A stretch of DNA of 64,000 nucleotides from an uncultured Gammaproteobacteria bacterium (GCA_963773065.1 CAVYZN010000011.1:256001-320000), one strand, 5' to 3'; shown: positions 48,355-59,756, numbered from the stretch's first letter. Notes: generated by a model not told the origin, from the letters alone. Program-made: numbers and translations.

Positions 48355-50319
48355 ATGAACCCGACGTATCCCGATTTCCTACCGGAGCTGCCCGCGGAGC
48401 CGGCGGCGCTGATCGAGGCCGTGCTCGGCAGCGACCGGCGCGTGCTGCTGGTCGGTTCGCCGGGCGTCGGCAAGTCCACGCTGGTCGATGCTCTGGCGGC
48501 GGCGCTCGCGCGCGCCGGGCGCACCTGCCGCTGCCTCGGCGCCGATCCCGGCTCGCCCCTGTTCGGCGTGCCCGGCGCCGTGTGTCTGGGCCGCCGGGAG
48601 GGCGAGGTCTGGGTGCTGGAAGGTATCGAGGCGCTCTGCACTTTGGATGCCGGGCGCTTCCGCCTGCCGCTGGTCGCGGCGCTGCGGCGGCTGGCGCGGA
48701 CGGTCGAGGAAGGCGTGCTGCTGGTGGACGGGCCCGGGGTGGTGCGCGGCGTGGCCGGCGCGGAACTGCTGCCCGCCGATGGTCGAGGCGGCGCGCATCG
48801 AGGCGGTGCTGGTGCTGACGCGCGCAGGCCGGCCGGCGCCGCTGCGGCAGGAGCTGCGCGCATTGTCCGTCGAAGTCTACGCCGTGCCAGCGGCGGAGCA
48901 GGCCAGCCGCCCCGGCCAGCGTTCGCGGGCGCGCTGGCGCACCGGCCTGTGGGATGCTTATTTGACGGGAGCCGAGGAACGCGTGCTCGACGCCGGCCGG
49001 CTGCGGCTTATCGGCACACCGCCGCCGCTCGATGCCCCCGGCGCCTGGAGCGGGAGGCAGATCGCGCTGCTGGATGGCGAGCGCACGCTCGTCCTGGGCG
49101 AAGTCATCGCCATCGAGGGCGAGCGGCTGCGCGCGCGCCTGCCCGCCGGGGCGGAGGACGCCCGGACACTGCTGGTGCGCGATGCCGCGCGGCTCGCGGA
49201 CGGGCGCCTCGGCAGCGCCGTGCGCTTCACGGCGGACCGGTTCGGCTATCTGCCGCCGCCTGATCTCATGCCGCACGCGCCGTATGCCGCGGTGAGCGGG
49301 CCGCGGCCGGTCGGACGGGTGGGGATGCTGAGCGTCTGCCTGGTCAACGGCGTCTTCGGCGACCCGCTGCTGCACGCGCGCCTGCGCCACCGGCGGCGCA
49401 GCCTGCTGTTCGACCTCGGCGAGGGGACGCGGCTGCCGGCGCGCGTGGCCCACCAGGTGAGCGATGTGTTCATCACCCATGCGCACATCGACCACATCGC
49501 CGGATTCCTCTGGCTGCTGCGCGTCGCGCATCGGCGAGGCCACACTCTGCCGCCTCCACGGCCCGCCGGGCCTGGCCGCGAACATCGACGGCCTCATGCG
49601 CGGCATCCTCTGGGACCGCGTGGGCGAGCGCGGCCCGCGCTTCGAGGTGAGCGAGCTGCACGGCGAGCGTCTGCGGCGCTACACGGTGCAGGGCGGGCGC
49701 CCCGGCGCCACGCCGCTGGAGGAGCGGGCGGCGGCGGACGGCGTGGTGCTCGAGGATCCGGGCTTTCGCGTGCGCGCCGTAACCCTTTCGCACGTCTCGC
49801 CGGTGCTCGCCTACGCCTTCGAGCCCGCGCGCACGCTCAACATCCGCAAGGACCGCCTGCAGGCGCGGGGCCTGCCGCCGGGGCCGTGGCTGGGCGAGCT
49901 GAAGCGCTGCGTGCAGGCGGGGGAAGGCGATACGCGCATCGCGCTGCCCGACGGGTGGGAGCGAGACCGCGCAGGCGCTGGCGGCCGACCTCGTCCTCAT
50001 CAGCCCCGGCAAGAAGCTGGTCTACGCCACGGACTTCGCCGACAGCCCGGAGAATCGCGCCCGCGTGATCGCGCTCGCGCGCGGCGCCCACACCCTGTTC
50101 TGCGAATCGACCTTCCTCGAGGCCGACGCCGCGCAGGCCGCGCGCACCGCCCACCTCACCACCCGCGCCTGCGCCGAGATCGCCGAGGCCGCCGGCGTCG
50201 CCCGGCTGGTGCCGTTCCACTTCTCGCGCCGCTACGAAAAAGACCCCGCACCCGTCTACGCCGAAATCGCCGCCGCCTGCGCCGCCGTGGTCATTCCCGA
50301 CACCCTCGCCATCGACTGA
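48355..50319 (+). CDS. Clp1-like P-loop polynucleotide kinase fused to an RNase Z-like metallo-beta-lactamase (frameshifts near 48775, 49525 and 49970)
   Basis: GSPGVGKST, ADPGSP, LVDGPG; then VNGVFGDP, LLFDLG, THAHIDHIAG, PGKKLVYATD, LFCESTF, HLT, PFHFSRRY. Confidence 0.75.
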
Positions 50320-50487
50320 CCACCGCCACATCCCCGTGGGTCATGCGGAAGCGCGGCGTCCCTGGCGGTTAAATTCTTTATCCCCAAGCGATAGCGCACG
50401 CGCCCGGGTTCTACGTGCGGATATACGACGTGCTACTATCTTCACCGATAACGCCGCCGTCGCCGTCGCCACAAGAACGTCACCGCC

Positions 50488-50847
50488 ATGGATTCACTGG
50501 AACACCTCAAGACCCGCCTGCGCGAATTCGCCGCCGTGCGCGACTGGGAGCAGTTCCACTCCCCCAAGAATCTGGCCATGGCGCTGATCGTGGAGGCGGC
50601 CGAACTGGTCGAGCACTTCCAATGGTTGACCGAAGCACAAAGCGGCGCCCTGCCGCCCGACAAGCTCGCCGAGGTGGAACAGGAACTCGCCGACATCCAG
50701 ATCTACCTCATCCGCCTTGCCGACAAGCTGAACATCGACCTCAAGCAGGCCGTGGACGCCAAGATCGAGCTGAACGAACGGAGATACCCCGTGGAAAAAG
50801 TGCGCGGCAGCGCGAAGAAATACACCGAGTTCGATAGCGGCTGCTGA
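50488..50847 (+). CDS. MazG-like nucleotide pyrophosphohydrolase (dCTP pyrophosphatase family)
   Basis: RDWEQFHSPKNLAMAL..EAAEL.EHFQW, ELADI, YPVEK. Confidence 0.9.
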   Translation: MDSLEHLKTRLREFAAVRDWEQFHSPKNLAMALIVEAAELVEHFQWLTEAQSGALPPDKLAEVEQELADIQIYLIRLADKLNIDLKQAVDAKIELNERRYPVEKVRGSAKKYTEFDSGC

Positions 50848-50894
50848 GCAACTCAGAAGCCGACCCTCACGCCGATGCCGAACAGGCAGCCGGT

Positions 50895-51450
50895 TCAACG
50901 CCAGTAGGGATAGCCGAATGGATACCAGGGATCGTGATACCACGGACCGTACCAGGGATCGTACCACCCGGGATACGGATACCCGTAAGGCGCCTGGGTT
51001 TCCTTGGGCCACAGGTACCAGGCCTGCGCCTCGACGACGGGATAGGTATAGGGAAATTCGCCTACCTTGCGGGTTTCGGTGCGCCGCAGCGTGCCGGTGA
51101 CGGTGACCTTGCGATCGGCGGCATAGACCGTCGGGTCCAGGAATTCGGGCACGATGGCGATGAAACGCCCGCCGCTGTCATCGCTGAGATCGGGTTCGCC
51201 GTCCTTGCTGAGCGACGATGCCAGCACGGTGAGCCAGGTGGCGTTCTCCCGGTTCTCGGTTTCTATCAGTTTGCCGCCCCAGCGGACCTGCCGCGCCAGA
51301 TAGTCCGCGGCATTCCCGCGCACCTCCTCCAGCGACGGGTTGTCGGGCGGCGCTTCCCGGATCGTTCTGGGGAATCTGCGAGGCACACGCGGTGAGCAAC
51401 AGGCCGGTCAGCAGCCATTCGAAGCAGGCTTTGGGTATGAGGCAGCGCAT
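50895..51450 (-). CDS. Slp family outer-membrane lipoprotein (frameshift near 51370)
   Basis: Lipobox LTAC, VRWGG, GGRF...FLDP.VY, YTYPV. Confidence 0.85.
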
Positions 51451-51616
51451 AGTCAGATTCTAGCCCGCATCCGTCACCGCTTCTTCGAATTGTCGTGATG
51501 CGGGTTGGTGTCGAAAACCTCAGGGACAGACCACGTTTCTAATCCGGCTTTGCGGGCTTCCGGCTTTCCCGGGTGTGACACGAAGGGCACTTACTTAGGC
51601 GATTCCATAAATCGAT

Positions 51617-51735
51617 GTAGGGTTAGGCCCGCCGTTTGTGCCATAACCCACCAATGTGCCGCCAGGCACTCACTAAATAAATGCGGTGTGTTGCTACGCA
51701 ACGCTGGTGGGTTACGCAAAAATCGCTCACCCAGC
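51617..51735. repeat. REP/BIME-like cluster between the two slp genes
   Basis: GTAGGGTTAGG...TAACCCACCA and TGGTGGGTTAC...CACCCAGCC inverted arrangement. Confidence 0.5.
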
Positions 51736-51741
51736 CTTCAC

Positions 51742-52290
51742 TCAGAAGCCGAAGCCGACACCGACGCCGCTGCCCCAACTGCCGCCGCTGCCGCCTCCCA
51801 CGCCGATGCCGAACATGGTCGAGCTGCCGTCGCGCTCCCGTGCCGTGGGCCACAGATAGAGTTGCCGGGCGGCGATGACCGGGTAAACATAGTCCGCCTC
51901 GCCGACCCGCCCGGTCCGGGTGCCGGACACCGTTCCGACCACGGTGACCTGCCGGCCCTCGGCATAGCTGGCCGGTTCCAGGTAACCGGTCCGCTCGAGG
52001 ATGAAGCGTCCCTGCGGAGTGCCATCGCTTTTCGGCTGCCCGTCGGAGTCGAGCGGGAAGGCCAGTACCTCGATCTGCGTGCTGCCCTGCAGGTTGGTGG
52101 TGCGCACGATGGTGCCGCCCCACTGCACGCTCTTGCCCGTGGGCGGCTGCGGCCTGGCGGTAACGCCCTGCGGCGTCAGCGAGGGATCGACCCCGGCGGT
52201 ATTGAAGGTTGGCGCGCTGGCGCAGGCGCTCAGCAGCAGGAACAGGATGATTGGCAGGTAATAGCGTGGCAGCATAAGAATCCGGGTCAT
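51742..52290 (-). CDS. Slp family outer-membrane lipoprotein
   Basis: Lipobox LSAC, VQWGG, GRF...YLEP..Y..GR.VTVVG, YVYPV; Gly-rich tail. Confidence 0.88.
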   Translation of the reverse strand: MTRILMLPRYYLPIILFLLLSACASAPTFNTAGVDPSLTPQGVTARPQPPTGKSVQWGGTIVRTTNLQGSTQIEVLAFPLDSDGQPKSDGTPQGRFILERTGYLEPASYAEGRQVTVVGTVSGTRTGRVGEADYVYPVIAARQLYLWPTARERDGSSTMFGIGVGGGSGGSWGSGVGVGFGF

Positions 52291-52520
52291 CGACAGTAGT
52301 GGTTAGAGGTAGCGGTACGGATGCCGGGGATCATACCACCAAGGAGACGGGTAATTAAGGCGCCGTTCGGTTTCCCCGGCAGCGTGCCGGTGACCCGCCG
52401 GTCGGGCGCATTGACCGGCACGGGCTGTCACTACGTAGTTTCCACAATTGTGAATTTTGATTGTGCTTGTGGGACAATCCCTTACAAATTAAAAACCGAC
52501 AAGGATGACAGCCGCCTCCT

Positions 52521-55478
52521 ATGGTCCAGCCGGAGGAACACGCCCGCCAACTCATTGACCGACTGCTGACCGCGGCCGGCTGGCAGGTCTGCGACCCCGG
52601 CGAGGTCCACCTCTCGGCCCATCGGGGCGTCGCCATCCGCGAGTTCCCGCTCAAGTCCGGCCACGGCTTCGCGGATTACCTGCTCTACGTCGACGGCAAG
52701 GCCGCCGGCGTCATCGAGGCCAAGAAAGCGGGCGCGACCCTGTCGGGGGTGGAGATTCAATCCAACAAGTACAGCAAGGGATTGCCCGACGGCCTGCCCG
52801 CCTGGCACAAGCCGCTGCCGTTTTCCTACCAGTCCACCGGCGCCGAGACCCGCTTCACCAACGGCCTCGACCCCGAACCCCGCGCCCGCGGCGTCTTCGC
52901 CTTCCACCGCCCCGAAACACTGGCCGACTGGCTGAACGATGCGTCCCCACTCCCACCGGGAGAGGGAATTAACTATGTAGGTCGGGTTAAGCGCAGCGAA
53001 CCCGACAAACCCGGCGTCGCAGACGCCGCATCATCCGATGAGGACCGTGGCCACGCCGCTCCTGGCCATCCATGGCCCCGCGGCATAAGTACCTCCATGT
53101 ACAAAACCTTCCTCGCCCGCCTGCGCCACCTGCCGCCGCTGTACGAGGAAGGTCTCTGGCCCGCCCAGATCACCGCGATCAACAACCTCGAACAGTCGCT
53201 CAGGGAAAACCGCCCCCGCGCCCTCATCCAGATGGCCACCGGCTCCGGCAAGACCTTCACCGCCATCAGCTTCATCTACCGCCTGATCAAGTTCGCCGGC
53301 GCGCGGAGAGTCCTGTTCCTGGTCGACCGCGGCAACCTCGGCGACCAGACGCTCAAGGAATTCCAGCAATACGCCTCGCCCTACAACAACTTCAAATTCA
53401 CCGAGGAGTACATCGTCCAGCGTCTGCAAGGCAACAGCATCGACTGGCCGGCGCGGGTCTGCATCTGCACCATCCAGCGCCTGTACTCCATGCTCAAGGG
53501 CAAAGACTTGCCCGAAGACCTCGAAGAAGAATCGGTCGACAAACTCGGCGGCCTGTTCAAACAGCCGGAGCCCATCGACTACAACCCCAGCATCCCCATC
53601 GAGACCTTCGACATCATCGTCACCGACGAATGCCACCGCTCCATCTACAACCTCTGGGCGCAGGTGCTGGAGTACTTCGACGCCTACCTGATCGGCCTCA
53701 CCGCCACGCCGAGCAAGCAGACCTTCGGCTTCTTCCACCAGAATCTGGTGATGGAATACAACCACGAAATGGCCGTGGCCGACGGCGTCAACGTCAACTA
53801 CGACGTCTACCGCATCCGCACCCAAATCACCCAGGCCGGCTCCCGGGTGGAGGCCGGCTACTCGGTGCAGATCCAGGAGCGCGACACGCGCAAGAAGCGC
53901 TGGGAACAGCTCGACGACGACTTCAGCTACGACCCCAACCAGCTCGACCGCGACGTGGTCGCCCCGGACCAGATCCGCAAGATCATCCGGACCTTCCGCG
54001 ACAAGCTGTTCACCGAAATCTTCCCCGGCCGCACCTGGGTGCCCAAGACCCTCATCTTCGCCAAGGACGACCCCATGCCGAGAACATCGTCGAGATCGTG
54101 CGCGAGGAGTTCGGCAAGGGCAACGACTTCGCCCAGAAGATCACCTACCGCACCACCGGCGCGAAACCGAAAGACCTCATCAACGAGTTCCGCACCAGCC
54201 CCATGCCGCGCATCGCCGTGACGGTCGACATGATCGCCACCGGCACCGACATCAAGGCGGTGGAAGTCGTCCTGTTCATGCGCGCCGTCAAATCCCGCGC
54301 CTTCTTCGAGCAGATGAAAGGCCGCGGCGTGCGCGTGATCGCGCCCGACGACCTGCAAAGCGTCACCCCCGACGCCAGGGCCAAGGACCACTTCGTCATC
54401 GTCGACGCCGTCGGCGTCTGCGAGCAGGACAAGACCGACTCCCGCCCCATGGAGCAGAAGCCCACCGTCAGCTTCGAAAAGCTCATGCAGGCCGTTGCCT
54501 TCGGCAACACCGAAGACGACGTACTCACCTCGCTCGCAGGCCGTCTCGCGCGCATGGAGCACCGTATCACCGCCGACGACGACAAGAGAATCCGCCAAGC
54601 GAGCGGCGGCTACGGCCTCAAAGACCTAGCCCACCGCATCGTCCAATCCCTCGACCCCGATACCACTTTCCCCTCCCCCTTCCAGGGGGAGGGCGAGGGT
54701 GGGGGTGAGAGACCCGTTCGCCCTGAGCCTGTCGAAGGGCGCACACTGCAAGCCGCTCGCAACAGCATCGTGCAAGCCGCCGTCAAACCCCTGCACGACC
54801 CTGCGTTGCGCCAACTATTGCTCGACCTAAAAGCCAAATCCGAAATCACCATCGACCACGTCAGCGCCGACGAAGTCCTCGAAAGCGGCTTCTCCCCCGA
54901 AGCCCTCGACCGCGCCAAAGGCATGGTCCAATCCTTCGAGCAATTCATCCAGGACCACAAGGACGAAATCACCGCCCTGCAGGTGCTCTACAGCAGACCC
55001 TGCAAACACCGCCTCACCTTCGAGGCCGTGAAGGAACTCGCCGACGCCATCGAAAAGCCGCCCTATCTCTGGAACGAATCCCAGCTCTGGAACGCCTACG
55101 CCGCACTGGAAAAATCCAAAGTCAAAGGCGCCAGCGGCAAACGCATCTTGACCGACCTCGTGTCGCTGGTGCGCTTCGCCATCCACCAGGACAACGAACT
55201 CGTCCCGTTCCCCGAACGCGTCAATGCCAACTTCAAGGCTTGGCTGGCATAGGAGCGGCCTCTGGCCGCGAACAGGGTGAGGGGCTCTTTTACCTCCGAA
55301 CAACTCCGCTGGCTCGAAATGATCCGCGACCACATCGCCGCGAACCTCGGCCATCGAGCCGGACGATTTCGAGTACGCGCCATTTTCGCAACAAGGCGGA
55401 CTCGGCAAAGTGCATCAGTTGTTCGGTGACGGACTGGCGCCGATAATGGACGATCTGAACAGCATGCTGGTGGCTTGA
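52521..55478 (+). CDS. hsdR: Type I restriction enzyme R subunit (EcoEI/EcoAI-like C-terminus; frameshifts near 54070 and 55250-55380)
   Basis: ADYLLY...VIEAK nuclease motif, MATGSGKT, DECHRS, GLTATP, VDMIATGTD, QMKGRG. Confidence 0.9.
52944..53088. repeat. Cluster of three REP-like palindromes inserted in frame in hsdR
   Basis: CCCACTCCCACCGGGAGAGGG; GTAGGTCGGGTTAAGCGCAGCGAACCCGAC; GCCGCTCCTGGCCATCCATGGCCCCGCGGC. Confidence 0.75.
54668..54740. repeat. Two REP-like palindromes inserted in frame in hsdR
   Basis: CCCTCCCCCTTCCAGGGGGAGGG...GGGTGGGGGTG and CCGTTCGCCCTGAGCCTGTCGAAGGG (FPSPFQGEGEGGG, PVRPEPVEG). Confidence 0.75.
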
Positions 55479-55582
55479 TGGTAGCGGGGGCGGAATTGGA
55501 ACCGACTGTGAGTCACCCAGCGGTTGCGCGGCAAACGGATTGCCGGGCGAATAATGTTGAATTATCCAAAAGGAGTTGGATC

Positions 55583-55975
55583 ATGGCCGTCAAGAAGACA
55601 GGAAATAATGAAGTCCTCGTATCGATGGACCGCGTCGCAGCAAAGATTCTGTTCATTCGCGGACAGAAAGTCATGCTGGACAGCGATTTGGCGGAACTCT
55701 ACGAGGTTGAGGCCAAGGTCTTGAACCAGGCCGTCAAGCGCAATATTGAGCGATTTCCAGCGGACTTTATGTTCCAACTCACGGCCGAGGAAGTCGCGCG
55801 TTTAAGGTCACAATTTGTGACCTTAAAGACCGGGCGCGGGCAACATCGGAAATACCAACCCTACGCCTTCACCGAACAGGGCGTGACCACCGATTCATAT
55901 GAATACGAAAGAGGAAGAATTGAACGAGACGCTGGTGGCATGAGGATTCCGCGGCAGCCTGACAGCACGTATTGA
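55583..55975 (+). CDS. ORF6N-domain DNA-binding protein, C-terminally truncated
   Basis: IRGQKVMLDSDLAELY...NQAVKRNIERFP.DFMFQLT...PYAFTEQGV, then unrelated sequence. Confidence 0.8.
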   Translation: MAVKKTGNNEVLVSMDRVAAKILFIRGQKVMLDSDLAELYEVEAKVLNQAVKRNIERFPADFMFQLTAEEVARLRSQFVTLKTGRGQHRKYQPYAFTEQGVTTDSYEYERGRIERDAGGMRIPRQPDSTY

Positions 55976-55999
55976 CAAAAGTAACATAAAGGTTACCAT
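55972..55999 (+). promoter_or_regulatory. Sigma70-like promoter with operator palindrome for the TA operon
   Basis: TTGACA (55972) and TACCAT (55994) flank/overlap GTAAC-ATAAAG-GTTAC, immediately before the toxin ATG. Confidence 0.6.
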
Positions 56000-56000
56000 A

Positions 56001-56333
56001 ATGGCATCGACAAGGAAGGTCGTTGAATATCTGGAGCCGGACGGGGCCTCGCCGTTCGCAAAATGGTTTGCCCGACTTGATCCTCTGGCCGCGGCGAAGG
56101 TGACCACCGCGCTGTACCGGATGGAACAGGGGAATCTTTCCAACGTAAAGCCAGTGGGGCAGGGCGTGTCGGAGTATCGTATCGATTATGGCCCGGGATA
56201 TCGGGTTTATATCGGACAACAGGCAAACGTGCTGACCATCCTGCTCGGCGGTGGCACCAAGAAGGGCCAGAGTGCTGACATCCGCCTGGCCCAACAACGC
56301 TGGCGCGATTACAAGGCGCGCAAAAAGGGGTAA
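56001..56333 (+). CDS. RelE/ParE-family toxin (addiction module killer type)
   Basis: SPFAKWF, GNLSNVKPVG.GVSEYRIDYGPGYRVY, LLGGGTK. Confidence 0.9.
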   Translation: MASTRKVVEYLEPDGASPFAKWFARLDPLAAAKVTTALYRMEQGNLSNVKPVGQGVSEYRIDYGPGYRVYIGQQANVLTILLGGGTKKGQSADIRLAQQRWRDYKARKKG

Positions 56334-56338
56334 ATGCC

Positions 56339-56650
56339 ATGCCGCTCACACGCGAATTCCGGGAAACCGTCCGGGCACGTGCCCAGGCAGACGCGCGCTA
56401 CCGCGCGGCCATGTTCACCGAGGCGGTCAACGAACTCCTTGCCGGCGATCTCGCTACCGGCAAGGCGCTGCTGCGTGACTACGTGAACGCCACCCTTACC
56501 TTCGACCGCCTTGCAGAGGCAACCGGCTTCCGGTCAAAAGCCTGCAACGCATGCTCGGCCCCAGGGGCAATCCCACGGCTGAGAATCTCTTTGCCGTCAT
56601 CAAGGCCCTGCAGGATGCCGAGCACATCATCCTGGCGGTAAAGCCCGTAA
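56339..56650 (+). CDS. Cognate HTH antitoxin (frameshift near 56535)
   Basis: MPLTREFRETV, GKALLRDYVNAT, LQRMLGPRGNPTAENLF. Confidence 0.85.
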
Positions 56651-56679
56651 GGCATGCCGCCTGACAAGCCGGATGCGCA

Positions 56680-57197
56680 ATGATCCGCTCACACAAATGC
56701 ATGCTCGACGCCGACCTGGCGGATCTGTACGGAGTCACTACCAAACGCCTGAACAAACAGGTAAGCGCAACCGTGACCGATTCCCGGACGATTTCATGTT
56801 CCAGATTGACCGCGGAAGAAAAGGGCAGGTGGTCGCAAATTGCGACCACCTCGCGCGCCTCAAGTTTTCGCCTGTATTGCCCAACGCCTTCACCGAGCAT
56901 GGCGCGATCATGGCGGCGTCCGTGCTCAATACGCCTCGGGCGGTGGAAATGAGTGTCTATGTCGTGCGCGCCTTCGTCCGTCTGCGGCAGACGCACGGAG
57001 GCAGGAGGTAGAGCAACGCAGGAGCAGTTGCCGAGGTGCTCGCCACCAATGCGGAACTGGGCCGCAAACTCGCCGCGCTGGAGAAGAAATACGACGCGCA
57101 GTTCAAGGTGGTATTCGACGCGATCCGCGAACTGATGATCCCGCCGGAGCCGAAGAAGAGACGGCCCATCGGTTTCGCGCCGTGGGAAGACAAGTAA
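56680..57197 (+). pseudogene. Second ORF6N-domain gene, disrupted by frameshifts and a 45-bp insertion containing TAG
   Basis: MLDADLADLYGVTTKRLN, RFPDDFMFQ, AFTEHGAIM, VVRAFVRLR [insert] VLATNAEL...RPIGF. Confidence 0.75.
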
Positions 57198-57340
57198 TAT
57201 GAATGTGGGCGGCTTGACACCGTGTCGTCGAATGAATGCATCGATGCCACGGAGGCCATGGATGAACGAGAGCAGCCGGGGCGTAACCCGCTGGTATGAA
57301 CGAACGCGATGAGTGAAGGATTGAAAGAGACGTTGGAGGC

Positions 57341-58799
57341 ATGAGTCCGTATTTACCACAAAACTGGACCGTTTCACGTTGGGTGATCTGGCTAACCATG
57401 ATTCAAATACGGGTATACGGAAAAGGCTCAACGTGAAAAAGTTGGGCCAACGGTTCTTGCGCATTACCGATATCCAGGATGACGCCGTTGATTGGAGTCA
57501 AGTGCCGTTTTGTGTCGAGCGATGATGAAGAAAAGCAAAAGTATCTTTTGCGAAAGGGGGATCTCGTCTTGTGCCATGGAACGGATGCGACTGTAGGTAA
57601 GAGTTTTCTGATTCCTGCATCGATCCCGGAATCTGTTTTCGCATCCTATTTGATTCCGTTCGCCTGCGCCCTGACACTGACCCAAAGTCATGTTTCGTAC
57701 TTCTTTCGCTCGTCCGACTACTGGCGGCAGATTAGCGAAAGCCAGGCAGGTATAGGGCAACCAAACGTTAATGGAAAGAAGCTGGCGCAAATCCAGATTC
57801 CCGTCCGCCCCTCGACCAACAAAAACGCATCGTCGCGGAAATCGAAAAACAATTCTCCCGCCTCGACGAAGCCGTCGCCAACCTCAAGCGCGTCAAGGCC
57901 AACCTCAAACGCTACAAAGCCGCCGTCCTCAAAGCCGCTGTCGAAGGCCGCCTCGTCGAAACCGAAGCCGAACTTGCCGCACAGGGACGTGCGAATGCCG
58001 CGGGAGGCAGGAAGCCGGAAGCGGCCGACCGCCGCGAAGGCCGCAGCTACGAAACCGGCGAGCAACTACTACAACGCATCCTCGAAACCCGCCGCAGCCA
58101 GTGGAAAGGCAAGGGCAAATACAAAGAACCCGCGCCAGACACCACCGACCTGCCCGAATTGCCGGAGGGGTGGGTGTGGACATTGCTCGATAGCCTAATC
58201 GTCGATGGCCCTCAAAACGGTCTTTACCTGCCGAAGTCCTTGTACGGTTCTGGCCACCCAATCTTAAGGATTGATGACTACCAGCAAGATTGGATACGAC
58301 CAGTCGCAGAGCTACAGCGTGTGCGTGCCAAAGCGGAAGATGTCGCGACATACTCACTTCGAAGCGGCGACCTTGTGATTAATCGGGTTAACAGTCCTTC
58401 ACATCTAGGCAAGGTTGCAGTCTGGGCGCCTAGTGCTGAGATGCCAATATTCGAGTCAAACATGATGAGGGCTGCTCTTTTATCCGCTGTGGTTCCACCT
58501 ATATCGCGATTTACCTCCGTTCCGTGGATGGGCGAGCGCGGTTGACTAAGCAAGCGAAATGGGCCGTCAACCAAGCGAGCATCAATCAGCAAGACGTATG
58601 TGGAACGCCAGTACCGTTACCGCCGCTTTCGGAACAAAGCCGAATCGTCGAAGAAGTCGACCGCCGGATGTCCCTTATTCGCGAAACCAACGCTCAAGTT
58701 GACGCCAACACAAAGCGCGTGGAACGCATGCGCCAATCCATTTTGCAGCAAGCGTTTACTGGACGCTTGGTTGTAGATGTCTTCTCGTCGCGACGTTGA
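57341..58799 (+). CDS. hsdS: Type I restriction-modification specificity subunit (several frameshifts)
   Basis: LPQNW, LRITDIQ, GQPNVN, QKRIVAEIEKQFSRLD, LPELPEGWVW, NQASINQ, PLPPLSEQSRIV, RQSILQQAFTGRL. Confidence 0.88.
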
Positions 58800-58833
58800 G
58801 TCTATGACGCCCGCTGAAGCGATGAGAGGCTAA

Positions 58834-59756
58834 ATGAGAGTCTTGCCCGTTGAGCGTATTCCGGAAGAGTTGTGGGCTGCGAACGTATTGCGGCTACCAA
58901 AGGTCGCTGTCAGTTGCTATAGGGACGAGCTAACTGCGCTAGGTTCGCTTGACGAAGCTAAGAAAGGAACAGACAAGAGATCGATACATGGGGGGTGTGG
59001 AATTGCGGAAACACTGGAACACTTCAAATACCGATTCGGTGTTTCCGCTGGCCGAGTGGAATTTAGCGCGATTGCCCCTGACGCCGGTTTGGAGACAGTA
59101 TCCGACGCGCTAATGGGCGACTTAACTGAAGGCCATGTGACGCTACTGGATATACCGTGTGGTAGTGGGTCGTCAGCGATTTCATTATTGGCAACGCTTG
59201 GAACTTACGGGCAACCGGTGTCCTTCCGATGTTGCCGCTAACCCTCACAGTCGTCGGTGGTGACTGCTCTGATAAGGCGCTTGGGATCTACGATTCGATG
59301 ATGAAGCGGTTACGGCCGCTGGTCACAGCTTATGGAATCGAGATCAATTGGCAAGGGCTGCTTTGGGATGCAACCCGCGCCGACTCAACGGCGAGACTGA
59401 TCGACCAATGGTTTGCCTCGGGTGCTGGCGCAGTCGAGTACATTGTCTGCATCGCGAACTTCAGTGGCGCTTTGACTAGCGCAGGGGTGTTCGACCAGTT
59501 CTCGCCCAGCTTGGAGCAGATACTCGGTCGCCTACATGATAAGAAAGGCGCGCTCATATGGGTTGAGCCTACGAGCACGAAAGTGCAGACCAAGTTCTTA
59601 CCGAGGATTCTGGAATTTCTCAGTAAAAGAATTTCCTGGTTCTCATCTGGAACGGGCGGCACGGCGTTTACGTCTGTGAAATACGAGATGGAAGACCCAC
59701 TCAATGGGAAAGCATTCGAGACTGGGGTTGAGGTCCAGCGGTTTGTGAGGAAATAG
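58834..59756 (+). CDS. SAM-dependent methyltransferase-like protein (~307 aa; frameshift near 59200), partner of the RT
   Basis: Motif-I-like VTLLDIPCGSG, then VVGGDCSDKAL, LWDAT and CIANFSG; stop is 5 nt before the RT ATG. Confidence 0.6.
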
